Positions 1 to 13,936 of a stretch of 63,982 nt of DNA are shown one piece after another. The number at the start of each line of letters is the position of its first letter. Within the stretch, counting starts at the first letter, position 1. The notes beneath the pieces are model-generated. The model was not told where the DNA came from. It was given only the letters and a program-made list of their open reading frames with translations, and made no database searches. The position numbers and the translations under genes were made by a program. This DNA is from an uncultured virus (IMG/VR IMGVR_UViG_2061766007_000892) (lineage: Duplodnaviria; Heunggongvirae; Uroviricota; Caudoviricetes): IMG/VR virus record IMGVR_UViG_2061766007_000892; one strand, 5' to 3'.

Positions 1-3000
1 AGGATTTAGATTTAGCAGAAAAACAAAAATTAGTTAATCAAGCAATTGCAGATTTTCAACAAAAGTGCGAGGGCAGTATTCGTGGAGCAACTGCTACACA
101 AAATGCTTTTGACGGATTAAACTCTCAATTAGAGAGTTTTAAGCAACAATTAAGTCAAGTAAATGCTCAGTGGTTAAAATTACAAAATCAACAAGCAACA
201 TTTAATTCTATGAAAATGGCAATAACCAATTTTATGGGATTTAATCAGGTTTTGAATTTGACAAAGCGTGCTGTAAATGATGCTATGAATCATATCAAAC
301 AATTAGATGCTACTATGAATGGTATTTCTATTGTTACTGATATGAGTACTACTGATTTATGGAAACAAGTTGATGCTTATAGTGCTCTAGCACAAAAGTT
401 TGGCACTACTATTCAAGGTGCTTATGATATTTCAAAGATTTACTATCAGCAAGGTTTGGAAACTAGTGATGTTATGGTCTTGACTGAAGAAACTTTAAAA
501 TTATCTAAAGTTTCTGGTTTAGATTATGCTAAATCTACTGACTATATGACAACTGCTTTACGTGGTTTTAAAATGGAGATGCAAGAAGCGTCTACTGTTG
601 TTGATGTTTATAGTAATTTGGCGGCGAATACTGCAGTTTCACAAGAAGAACTCGCAGTTGCTATGAGTAAAACTGCTTCTTCTATGGAATCTGTTGGTTC
701 CACCTTCCAAGATACTTCAGCTATGATTGCCACTATGGTAGCTGTTACTCGTGAATCGGCAACCAATATTGGTTCTGCTATGAAATCTATTGCTTCTCGT
801 TATGGTGAATTAACTAAAGATCCACAAAAGTTAATTGACTCCGAAGGCGAAGCAATGAGTTTTAATAAGGTTGATGCGGCTTTGCAATCTGTTGGCATTA
901 GTATGCAAACGGTAGATCACCAGTTCCGTGATTTTACTGATGTTATTGTAGAATTATCTGAAAAATGGGATACTTTGGATAGTACACAGCAACGTTATAT
1001 TGCTACACAGTTTGCTGGTAATAGACAACAGTCTCGTTTCTTGGCGTTAGTTAGTAATGGTGATTTATTAAAAGAGAATATGGAAACCGCCGCGAATAGT
1101 GAAGATGTAGGTACTATTCAAGCTTTGAAAGCGATGGATTCTATTGAATCTAAAATGAATCAGGTACAGGTTGCTGCACAACAATTTTATACTACTCTTG
1201 GTGCAGAAGGAGTATGGAAGAGTGCATTAGACGGTATAAATAATTTTATTACATCTTTAAATGGGCTTCCTAAATTATTTGGTAAAATACCTGTTGGTGC
1301 TATTACTGTAATTATTGATATGGTATCAACAATTAAAAATGCTTTATTTACTGGATTAACAGAAATAGCAGCCATTTGGCAAAAAGGGGTTAGTGACGCA
1401 GCAAATAAAGTTAATGAGGGAGAATATCAAGCTGCTGGTGAAAGAGCAATAGGAGCATTTAAGGCAGGAATAGATAGTAGAAAAAATGAAGTCCAACAAG
1501 CTATAAAAGATGCTACCTCTATTAAAACGGAAAAAAAAGCAGCAATAAAAGAAGGAGAAGCTCAAATTAGTCGCGCAGATGCGTATAAACAATCTATTTC
1601 TGGATTAGAAATTGATCGTATTGGAGGGCGTGGAATAGTTGATGTCTTTACAGATGAAGCATTTAATATTGATGAATTAATAGCAAAAATGCTACAATTT
1701 AAAGATATTACTACAGAACAAGCAGAAGAATTACGCAAATTATTTAGTACACCCGGTTCAGAACAAGACGTTATAAATGCTTTAAATGAAATTTGTAATA
1801 AAATACGTCAAACTGGCGAGAATAGTATAGAAGCGGCAAATAAAATTAATACTCATGCCGGTGCTTTAAAAAATCTAATTTCTTCGTCTAAACATTTAGT
1901 ATCTGATATGAATAATTTTGCCTCTGCTCTCAATATGATCGGTAATCTTATTAATGGTACTAGCAGAAGTAGTCAAAAAGCCGCGGGAGCGATTATGATG
2001 CTATCTGGTACTATACGCGCTGCTTCTATAGCAATAAAAGCGTTTCAGGCAGCTCAGAATCACGCGGCATTTAGTATGCCTTGGACTGCGGCAGCAATGG
2101 CAGCAATGGCAATAATTAATGGATTGAGTACTATTATTGAAACTTCTGCGGAAAAAACAGAAAGACTTAAAAAAGAAGCAGAAGAATTAAATAATCAAGC
2201 AAAAGAAGCAAAAGCAAATTATAATGTTTTAAATCGTTCTATAGATAAATTAAATGAATTAAAAGAAACACGTTATGATAGCGCAGAAGCTGCAGAAGAA
2301 TATCAAACTGCGGTTGATGAATTAGCTAATAAATATCCTGAATTAATTGCTGGGTTAGATGAAGCGGGTAATGTTATTATTGACAATGTAACAGCAGAGG
2401 CTGCTTTGGCAGAAGCACGTAAAAAGACTAAAGAAGCTACTTTAGAGGCAGCAAAAAAAGAATATAAAAGAACGCAACATGATCAAGAAGAAGCTGAAAA
2501 GAAATTAAAAGAAGCACAAAAAAATGTTACTGGTGCGCAAACTTATTCTCCTAATAATTTTAATACCTATTTTAAAATGGCGATAGATAATATGTTATCT
2601 TCATTAGGTGGAATAGAACAAATTAAAAATGATTTTGCTTCACAAAGCCAGCCTATTGAGAATTATATAGAGGAATTAATTTCATCTGAAGAATTATTTG
2701 GATATGATTCTAATATTAAAGAAGAATTAAAAAATTATCTTAAAAGTCAATTATCTGACGATTGGGTTTCACAATTTTTGGCATTTAATCCTGAAACAGA
2801 TAGTAAAGAAAAAGCACAAGAATTATTAGATGCTTATGCTCAATTAGATGAGACTTTAAAAAAAGATTATGAGGGATATGCTGAAGTTTTACGAGAATTA
2901 ATTCAAGCAACCGGAAATGCTACGGATTATACAAATTTAAATGACTCTGCTAAAAAACAACTTTTAAGTGCACAAGCGGCGTATAATGAAAGCTATGAAG

Positions 3001-6000
3001 CCCTACAAGACGGACAAAAAGTATTAATAAATTATTTATTTGATAGTAGTGAAATTATAACTAAAAAAGGAATAGATGAATCAACTTTTACTGAAATTGA
3101 AACTGANNNNNNNNNNNNNNNNNNNNNNNNNNNNNNNNNNNNNNNNNNNTATGATGAAAAATCTAAATCAATATTCTTTAAAAGACTGGCAAACATTTTT
3201 TGGTGATAATTTTGAGCAGAATGAAGCATATCAAGCTATTGAAGGATATTATAATAATGTTTATCATTTTGCGGATGATTTAAGAAAGAAAATTTTAGAT
3301 TCTTTTGGAAATAATAGANNNNNNNNNNNNNNNNNNNAAAGTTTTAAATTTAACGCTGATAATGTAATAAAAATCAGTGATTTGTATAATGCCATATCTA
3401 CTACAAAAGATAATATAAGTGCAGATTTATTTAATTGGTTGACTGCTCAAATAGATTTAATTAAATCTTTAGGTGAAAAAGGTTTTATTACTAGTGGAAA
3501 TGCGATTGCAAGTCAAATTACTAATATATTAAATGCACTTAATAATATGGATGAAGGCGAAGCCTCAATTGTTGGTAATCTTTTAAAACAATATAGTCTT
3601 AATACTATAGAAGGAATTGCTAATCTTCGTGATGCTTTAAAAGATGCTGGTGTTGGAGAAAAAATAGATGATTATTTACAAACCATACAAGATTCTTTAA
3701 TTTATAATCTTCCACTTGCTATTCAAAGTTATACTGCAGAACTTGTTGAAAATGTAGACAGTATAGCAGATAAAATGAAAAAAACATCTTCTGGTTTTGA
3801 TGCGAAAGAAGCATTAGAAGCTTTAGATTTAATTAATAAAGAATCAGAAGAGCAATATACTTTAGCAGATTTTTCCCAAACTAAAAGCGGAAAATTTGCT
3901 ATGAAAGATCCTGAGCTGCGAAAAAAATATTTTGATGCTTTAATTGAAGAACAAAATAATATTAATGAAACCTTACAAGAAAGATTAGATCAAGTACGTG
4001 ATAAGACACAACGAGAAGATTTTGAAGGGAAACTTAAAAATGTATCTGAAGACAATCCTCTTTTAAATATTGAAGAAATAGGTGATTTTAGTTTTATTCT
4101 TCAAGATATGGGATTTGCTAAAGATTTAGGTAATGGTAATTTAGAACTTACTGAATTATATTGGGAAAAAATAAAAGAACAAGGATTTGATTTATTAACA
4201 ACTATAGATGAATATTTGGCTAAGCAGCTATCCACTTCAGAAATAGCAATGAGTTATTTAAAAAAAGAATTACCTGCTGAAACTGCGCTTGAAAATAGTG
4301 AATATGTTGAAGCATTACGTTCTTTAAGTGGATATGGATTATCTAATAAATCAAAANNNNNNNNNNNNNNNNNNNNNNNNNNNAAATGGTGAAAAAATAT
4401 ATGGTATAGATTATGAAAAATATAAGCCAGTTCAAGACGCAATGAATTCTGCTTATAATTCATTCTTCTCTGATTTGTTTACTAAAGGAGCGGAGAATCT
4501 TCATTTTGAAGATTATCAATTAGATATAGATCAAGGCACTTGGAATCAAATGCTATCTATGTCTTATGAAGAAATTGTAGCAACATATGGTAATCGTGCT
4601 TCTATGTTAATTGAAGAACAAAATGCTTTAATGGTTCAAGCCATTGAAAAAGACACTCAAAAGACACAAGGGGCAGAAGATGCATTAAAGAATGTTAATT
4701 TCTTAAAATCTGATCTTGCTTATGCTTCTATGGATACCTTACAATCATTGGCAGATAGTTTACACGTTGCTGTTGAGACATTATTTAATCCCGCAGATTA
4801 TGATGCGGCATTAGGCGGCTATAAAGTAGACATGGCTGCTTTAGCGGCAAATGGATTGAGTGAAATTGTTAATAGTTCTAATATAGTCGCTGATAGTGTA
4901 AAAGCATTTTTAGATTCTATTTCAGAAGGTATTGGAAAAGGATTAGAGGGTAAATTAGGATTTGCCGAAAGGGATAATTTAATTTCTAATCTTGGAAAAT
5001 ACGGGATGGAACTAGATGCAGCTGATTTTACACGAACTGCTGATGGACTAAAATTAAGTGAACAAAAAGCTATTGAATTATATAATACTTTAAAGCAGAT
5101 AGATAGTATTAGTGCACAAATTACATTTGATGCTTTAGCGAAATCATTAGAAGATAATAATGAAAACTATACTAATATTTCTACAATTGCTAAACGAATT
5201 GCTGATTTACAACGCGAAATTGATAATCCTGATGTTAGCACGGCTCGTCGTCAAGAGTATGAAGCCGAATTAGCAGTGGCGGAAGAAATTTATCGTGTTC
5301 GTTCTTCTACTGATAATAAAGATTTTGATTTTATGAGCCGTAATTTACCAAATGGTATGCAAAATCCAATTGATTATTGGGATGCTACTGGTAAAGCTTA
5401 TAAGAGTATGAATCAAGCCGCAAAATCAGGATATATGGAAATTGCTGATTTTTATAATATTGTTAATGAAATGAATAATATGGCGGCGGNNNNNNNNNNN
5501 NNNNNNNNNNNNNNNNNNNNNNNNNNNNNNNNNNNNNNNNNNNNNNNNNNNNNNNNNNNNNNNNNNNNNNNNNNNNNNNNNNNNNNNNNNNNNNNNNNNN
5601 TAGTCTTGGCGTAGATTTTGCTACTGGCGCAGCGGATATGAGCGGAGATTTTGATACTGGCGTTAAAGCTATGGCAAAATCACAAATTAAAATGCTTGAT
5701 GCTGCGATTAATATGCTTGAAGCTATTGTGGCCATGGAGAATATTGACACAAGCGGTGACGGCCATTTAGATTTAGGAGAAATTTTTACTTTAGATGCAG
5801 ATGAAAATGTAACTGGTTTTACTGCTGAAACAGATAGATGGTTAAAACAAGTTGAAAGTGCTTGTGGTGATATACAAGTTGGAGGCAAATCATTACGTGA
5901 AGCTTTATTGGAATTAGGGGAAGTTGATCCAACAAAAGCAGAAGAAATGATGAATCAGCTTAAAAATATAGATTGGACTTTGGGCGATTTGAATGTTTTT

Positions 6001-9000
6001 AGTCAAATACAGCAAGTGCTTTCTGGTTTTTATCCTGGACGTGAGATTACACAAGGAAAATCTATTTTTGATTTATTAGAATTACCTAAAAATGCGGATG
6101 AAAATAGTAAAGAGTTTACTGATTGGATAGGTCAATATGAAATTGATGCTGAACGAGCAAAAAGATTATTTGAACAATTAAGTTTAGAGGGATCAATTGG
6201 AAACGTTGATAGTGATAATACTAAATTAATTGAAAAGATTTTAAAGTTAACTGATCAACAAAAAGAAGCTTTTGAAAAATTTGTATCAAGTAATGATAAT
6301 GTGACTTCTACTCAAGAAATTCGAATGTGGACTAATCTCTCATTAGTAGAAGATGCGGATGGTAATGTTGTTGGCGGCAATTATACGGCATCAGATGGTA
6401 GCGTGCATTCGTTATCAAATGATTCAACTAATTGGCAAACAGAAATTATTCAAGCAGAACAAAAGGTATTAATTTCTAAACACACTGGTCAAAAATCTAC
6501 TGATGTTAATTTAAATAACACAAATGTTTCTACTGTTACTTTAAGAGATGGTACAACAATAGAAGGCGTTGTTACTGGTACTTATGGTGATTTTACTGCT
6601 TATTATAATGGAAAAAGTTGCTCTGTCACCAATTTAGCCGAAGCTAATAATTGGATTAAACAGCAAGCTGAATTAGAACTTTTTCATATAGGAGAACGTG
6701 GCGGAAATCGTGCAGTGATTGGAGAAGGTGGAGAGATTAACCTTGAAGATTATTATACTATTACTGGTGAAATAAATACAGATATTTCTAAACTTATTGG
6801 TAAAGGTAATTTACACGAACAAATTGAAGCAGAAGTAGAAAAAGCGAATAAAGATGGTGGCCCAATTACAATTAATGGAATTGAATTTGATAAGGGAACT
6901 ACTGTTGAAGAAATAGAATCGGCTTTTGCTGAATTAACTGGACAAGATGTATTTAATGATATTCCTGGTAAAGTCGCTGAAGGAATTCAAAATGCTTTCA
7001 CGGAAGGAAATATAAGTGAACAAATTGGTCCGACTTTAGCAGAAGGTATTAGAAATGCTTTTAAAAATGTTAATATAGATTCTGAAGGTAAGGAAATGCC
7101 TCCGGTAACTGCGGAAATATCTGGTAAGGTGGATGCAGAAGTTGAAGTTCAGCCTGGTCATGCGCGCGTGAACGGCTGTGGTATAATGACCAGTGCTGAG
7201 TCAGAAGAACGTGCTTGGGAATTATGGTTATCTATGTATCAAGCTCAAATTACTAATAATACCACCACAGAAACTTTAACAACCACAGGAACTCATACAA
7301 TAGAAGCAACTACTACAAGCGGTATTAATTATACTTTAAATATTGATGGCGATAATGGTATAATTACTTATGTTTGGAGTGATGGGACAACTTTAGAGGA
7401 TCAATCAAAAATTGAGTCTAAAGTACAAGAATACTTTAATCAAAATGCTACTATAACAACAGTTGATGGCGGTCAGGGCAGTTCTATAAATGCCGTTCGG
7501 ACAATTAATGGTGTAACTTATTTAATTACTATTCAGAAAAATGCTACTGATGGAAAATATTTAATACAAGGCTTTGGTAGCGCTGGTTTAGTGGATAATC
7601 CATCTGATTGGATTAATGAACAAATAAGTAAAAAAATGGATGAAGGCACTGCTGGTATTAGTAATCAAGAAACTACTTCTCTTCCTTCTATTTCTAGAAC
7701 AGTTTCTATTAATGGTGTAAATTATACCATTTCTATTGAAAAAATAGAAAATGGAATGTATAAAGTTAATTTCCCAGGATGGGGTGAAGTATCTACTACA
7801 GATCCTGATACTTGGATAAATAATTGTGTTACTGCTGAATTAGAAAAAGGAACAACGGGAATTAATTCTGATGCTTCTATTACTAAAGATCCATTAAAAG
7901 GAACAATTTCTTACAATGGTATTAATTATGATATTACTGTTGGAGAAAATAAAAAATATCTAGTTAATGGTGCTGGAGATTATACTTCATTAAATGAAGC
8001 AGTTCAGAGTATAATGGACAACATTTCCTCTACAGAAGGAACTGCAGGTACTTCTATTAATGGTGGTACTACTACAATTACACAAGAAGCAAATGTTGTT
8101 GTTGATGCGCAGGATGTATCATTATCTCATGAATTAACACTTCCTTCAATTCCAACATTGACTCAAGAAGTTAACGAATTAGTTATTAAGCCAAAAAATG
8201 TTAAGATAGATAATGGGGATAATGAATCTGTAGAAGATCCTCTCGCAGGTAAAGATTGGAGACCCTCTTGGCAGAAAGGATATGATAATAATTATAATAA
8301 TGTTGGTCAAAATTCTAATAATCAGTCTTCTTTGTCTCTTGATATTAGCACTATTGAAGCTCCTAGTGCTGCTATTGAAGCAGCTAATGCGACTGTAAAT
8401 GCCAATAATGGAACGATTACTGGTAGTGTCACGCATAGTGGTCCAATTCAATTAACTATGGGCGGACCGACGGGTGGTACAGAAAGCGGAGAAGGAAAAA
8501 GTTCTAGTTCTAATGCTTCTTCAGAAAATGGAGCAGCAGCTGCATCTGTAAGCACGACTGCAATGACTAGTGAAATTCAGAATGCTCAAGGTGAAATTGA
8601 TAGCTTTAATGTATCTGCTATTTCTACCGGTCTAGCAGAAGCAGAAGGAGCTTCTACATCTTTCCAAGCTGCTATGAGTGCTACTATGAGTAGTGTACCA
8701 GATGAAAAAAAAGTTAATGTTGATGTAGAAGATGTTACAGCAAAAGTAAAAGTTGATATATCAGTTAATGCACAAGTTAATGTGTCAGGTGCTGAAGTTA
8801 AAGGCACACCAAAAGAAACAGTAAAACCACCTGATATTAAAGGCGGCAATATAAAAGCTGGAGGAAGTGCTAAAGGAAATGTTGCACTCGCACGTGGTAA
8901 AGGTACATTAATGGGTGAACTTGGTCCAGAACTTGTTGTATCTGGTGGACGTTATTATACTGTTGGTGATGATGGAGCAGAATTTGTTGATTTACCAGAC

Positions 9001-12000
9001 GATGCTATTGTATTTAATCATAAGCAGACTAAACGTTTATTAGGTAATAAAGGAGCAATTAGCGGTAGAGGAAAGCCAGTAAAATCAGAAGCTGCTGCGC
9101 TTTCATTTGCTACTGGTAATGTATCTGGTCCTGCTCTTGCAAGTGCATCTGCTGCTTTAGCCGCATTAAAACAAATCAGGGCCATGTGGCAATCAATGCT
9201 TGATGCATCAGCCAAAGACTTAGGCTCCCAGGCTGGCCGCGGAGGCGGTGGCGGAGGNNNNNNNNNNNNNNNNNNNNNNNNNNNNNNNNNNNNNNNNNNN
9301 NNNNNNNNNNNNCAGATTGATAAGATAGAACAAGATATTAGCTATCAAGAAAAATTACAAACTAAATATGAAAATGATCGTATAGCTAATGGTCAAAAAA
9401 TTTATAAAGCTCAAAAACAGCAGTACGATTTATTGGGTGAAGAAATTAAGCGTAATGAAAAATTGGCAGCCCTTCAAAAGAGTTGGTATGATAATAAACG
9501 TGCTGAATTGGCAGCTTCNNNNNNNNNNNNNNNNNNNNNNNNNNNNNNNNNNNNNNNNNNNNNNNNNNNNGATAGACCTGGTTCTGGCGTGGGCCTTGAT
9601 ATTCTTGAAAATCTTACTAGACGTAATGTAAATGGACAAGCTATTGATAATGCGGCTACTGCTAAAAAACAATTGGCTTATTTACAGAGCGNNNNNNNNN
9701 NNNNNNNNNNTACTTTATAATGATGATGGCACGAAAGTTGCTAAAAGTATAGATAAGAATCTTAAATTAAAGAAAATTAATAAGAAAGATAAAGATAATG
9801 ACCTCTATACTCAAATGATGGAGAATTTCTGGAATAATGTTGATGCTTGGCGCGATGAACTTGATAGTTTATATGATAGTTACCATGAACAACAAGAAAA
9901 AATTATAGAAAATCAAAATAAACAGAATGAAATTCTTCAAGCATTTGTAGAAAATGAATTAGATGTTGAACAACAGTTACTTGAAGCTATTGAATCACGC
10001 GAACAAGCTTTAATAGATAAATTACAAGATCAGAAAGAAGCCTTAGAAAAATCTAATGACAAATTTATTAAGGGGTTAACAGACCAGCTTAATAAAGAAA
10101 AAGAAATGCGGCAAAATAATGAGCGTGATAGTGATTTAGTTAAATTACAGCGCCAATTAGCTATTTTGCAGCGTTCTGGCGGCTCTGCTTCACAAATTAA
10201 ATCATTGCAAGATCAAATTGCTTCTCAGCAAAAAGATATGTATTATGAGGAGCGTCAACAACAGATTGATGCTATACAAGAAGCTTCAGATAAGCAACTT
10301 GAACGTCTTGATACACAGATTTCTATAATGACAGAAACTCTAGATTATCAAAAGGAAAATGGTTTATTATGGAATGAAGTGCGCGATATTATGGAAACTA
10401 ATACTCCAGAAGAAGCTGCGCAAAAAATATTAGATTGGAATAATGACTATGCTTCAAAATCCACTTTGGATGTACAAGAGAGTATACGAGAGTTCCAAGA
10501 AGCATTCCAGCAATGGACTGAGCGTCGTGATGATGAAAATGATCCATTACAAGATACTTCAATTAGTAGAAGTGATGCTATTGAAGATATAGAAGCAGGT
10601 AATAAAGAATTTAGTGCTTTATCTGGTGAATCCAAAAGCAAAATACAATCTGCTGCTCGTAATGCCGGACAAAAGGCATATGATGAAGCTATTGCGAATG
10701 GAGGAACAGAAGAAGAAGCAGAAAAAGCTTATCGTCAAGCTTATAGCAATACAATTTCTGATGCGGATACTTTACAGAAATATAAAAATATAGAAAGTCA
10801 TGGAGCAGCCGCGGAAGGCGTTTGGGATAATATTGTTGAAAATGCTAAAAATGATCCAAATTCTTTTGTTAATAATCCTAATTATGCACAATATGGTGAT
10901 GAATTACAAGATAGATTTATTGAAAATCTTGCTAATAGCAGTGAATTAGAATATGATGAAAACGGAAAAATTATTAGTGATAATGCAACATTAACACAAG
11001 AAGCTCAAAAAGCGTTACAAAGCGCTAGTGAAGGAATTAAAACTGATAATTTATTAAAAGAAAATATTCCTTTACCAAGCACTGCTTATGGTTATACTTT
11101 TAATGAGGGTAATAGTAAACAAAAAACTAAAGATAAAAAACGTTATACTAAATTAGTTTCTCAAGGATTATTTGGTGAATCTTATCCCGTTCATTTTACT
11201 GGTAATATAGTTTCAAAAAATTTAAGTTCTAATAACACAAATAAAGGAAAAGTAGTTAAAAACGTGCCGTTCCTTGAAGCAGAAGTAAATGGAAAAACAG
11301 TTTATTTTAGATCAAGTGACTTGCCAGGAATTCAAGAATTAATTACAGGGAAAAATACAGCTACAGCATTTGATACAGCGGCTGATAATACAAAAGTAAA
11401 TGTAAATGATTTAAAGGCTGTACCATTAACTCTTGGAGCAATGACTCCAGTTAGTATACGGGATACAAATGGTAGTACATATACTTTACAGAGTGGTGTT
11501 CCAGTTGGAATAAGTCATGTGTCTTTTGCAAAGTCTGGCAATAAGATTTATGATGTTGCGTCTGCTACTATTAGTGAAATTGCGGGAAAAGTTCTTGATA
11601 AAGAAATTACATTGACCGGTGGTCAATTGGGTGGAACTAATAATGCGGCTTTATTATCTACATTCGCTACTAAAGCCACTAAAAAGAGTGGTAAAAAGAC
11701 TGTTGCTCAAACTGTAAAGGTTAATAAAAAGAACCGTCAAGTGTGGATTCCACGACCAAATTATAAAGCTTATTATAAACAAGGTGGTATGGCAGATTTT
11801 ACTGGCCCCGCTTGGTTGGATGGAACGAAGACGAAACCAGAAGCGGTATTAAATGCTGCACAAACTAACTTCTTAAAGCATGATTTATTAGGCAATAAGA
11901 GAAATTCATTAGCATCTATAGTAACTCAATTACAAGACATTTTTGATAATACAATTGCCGGGACTACTTCTTCAACATCAAGTGATAAAAGTGTTACAAT

Positions 12001-12136
12001 TGAAAACGTGTCAATTAATTTTAATGCTGGTACAATTTCAAGTGATTATGATGCACGTCGTGCGGGCGAACTAGTAAAAGAAGAAATGCTTAAAATTGCT
12101 CGTAAGACTGGAAATAGAAGCGTTTCAAGGAGGTAA
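1..12136 (+). CDS. Very large tail tape measure protein (5'-partial, broken by N-gaps)
   Basis: The frame is open from base 3. ORFs 210-3206, 3076-4392, 4328-5614, 5638-9720 and 9632-12136 change frame only at N-gaps. The N-terminal part resembles a TP901-type TMP core (AQKFGTTIQG...AVAMSKTASS...IGSAMKSIASR...QFAGNRQQSRFLAL), followed by long helical regions and the TMP-type motifs GTLMGELGPELVV and YKQGGMADFTGPAWLDGTKTKPEAVLNA. Ends TAA at 12134-12136. Confidence 0.85.
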
Positions 12137-12142
12137 TGGAGT

Positions 12143-13812
12143 ATGGCAATTTTAGAAGGCAATGAAGTTTGGTCTACTGGGCCAAAAAGAACACAAGTAT
12201 ATTTAGCGACTCATGATGGGGAAGGCAATCGCCTTCCCTTTATGAATCGTTCTTTTATTAGTTTTAGTTATGGTGGAAAGCCAATTGAAGATTTTAATTT
12301 AATTGCTACATTTAATGACAGATTAGAAAAAAATGTTTATGCAGATTTTGAAGATTCCACTAGTAATTATGAAACTTTAGATGGACAGTATTTTTGGGGA
12401 ACGCATTTTCAAGCAAATCAATTAAATTTTACTCTTGCTACTGATGGTATGACGCAACAAGAATTAGATAATTTTAAAAAATACTTTATGCCTGGAGTAG
12501 AAAAAGAATTGATTTTAGCAGAGCATCCAAATCGTGCAATTTTAGCTAGGGTATCAGCCGCGCCAAGTGTTTCTTTATTGCCATTTGAGGAGAAGATTAC
12601 TGTTTTTGATATGCAAATTTCTACTACATTGTATAAAGGAAGTATTAATTTATCATTTGTTATGGATGAGCCGTTTTGGTATAGTAAAATGAATTATATA
12701 CCTTCTTATGTAGATAAAGATACATTAGAGCCATTAGTTGGTGAGCCAAATTATGAAAATGGTCAAATAGTATCAATTACGCCTCCAGAAAATAGCATTT
12801 ATACTTTATCAGATAAGGATTATTTAAAAATTTATTTAGAGGATGGCATTCCATTTGAACAATTATTAGGAATAGATAATTTATTTATTGGAAATGATAC
12901 TTTAGTTAAGAGCCGTGGAGCTTTGGTTGAAGGTGCTTGGGTTGATCAAAGTTATTTGGAATTAAGTTATGAAACAAAAACAGAACTCACAGTTAGTAAT
13001 AGTGTTTTTCAATATTTATTTTATAGTGGTAACGCGCCCGCAAAGCCCATTATACAGTTTGATATGGCTCCAGTAATAGCAGGTACAGTTGTAGAGAATT
13101 ATGAAGATATAAGTGAAAGCCAAGGATTTGCATATGATATGGGAACTCTTTATCAAGATGTTAATGATAATGAAGATGTTTCTTATCAATTAGTAGATGG
13201 AATTTTAGAGAGTGATAATGAGCAAGTGGTAATTGATTCTAATGGCAAATTGTATAAAAAAACTATAATAAATGATAATAATCTTCCTTTTATAATTAAT
13301 CCAATTAATTCTATTGGGACTGCTAATTTTGATTTATATGGTAATGAATATTCTTATGTTAAAATTGTATCTCCTGCGGAAGAAGAAGATTATTTTTATT
13401 TTACTACTCCAGGTATTTGGACTGGTTATAATAAAGCAATTGAATTAATTAATAATTGTCAGAATAATGAATCACTTTTAGAATTAAAAGAACACTTACG
13501 AGATGAAATAAAAGAATATTATTCTCGCGCGTGGGCGTTAAAAAGTATAGAAGAAGTTCTTAAAACAAATGAAGAAATGAATGATACCATTCGTAACACT
13601 TTATTTTCTGAAATGCAACAATTTTTACCAAGTGAAGATTCTGTTTTAAAAGCGGCTACATTTATCTTTGATTCTGCTACTGGAGAAGCAGTTGGACATT
13701 TTCATTGTATGGATGCTAATACGGGGACAGAAATAATAGTAGAAGAAAATGTGGGAGATATGGTAAAATCTTCTTACTTAATTATAAGAGAAAAAAGTAA
13801 CTTTAATGCTGT
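12143..13812 (+). CDS. Distal tail (Dit-like) / tail component protein, 3' end in gap
   Basis: Directly follows the TMP with a GGAG-type RBS. The N-terminus (FSYGGKPIEDFNL...DGQYFWGTHF...LNFTLAT...LILAEHPNR...LSFVMDEPFWY) fits the siphophage Dit pattern. Confidence 0.6.
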
Positions 13813-13936
13813 NNNNNNNNNNNNNNNNNNNNNNNNNNNNNNNNNNNNNNNNNNNNNNNNNNNNNNNNNNNNNNNNNNNNNNNNNNNNNNNNNNNNNNNN
13901 NNNNNNNNNNNNNNNNNNNNNNNNNNNNNNNNNNNN

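Noticed and set aside
3076..9720. Overlapping + strand ORFs suggesting programmed frameshifts in the tape measure gene
   Set aside because: Every frame change coincides with an N-gap of estimated length; scaffold artefact.
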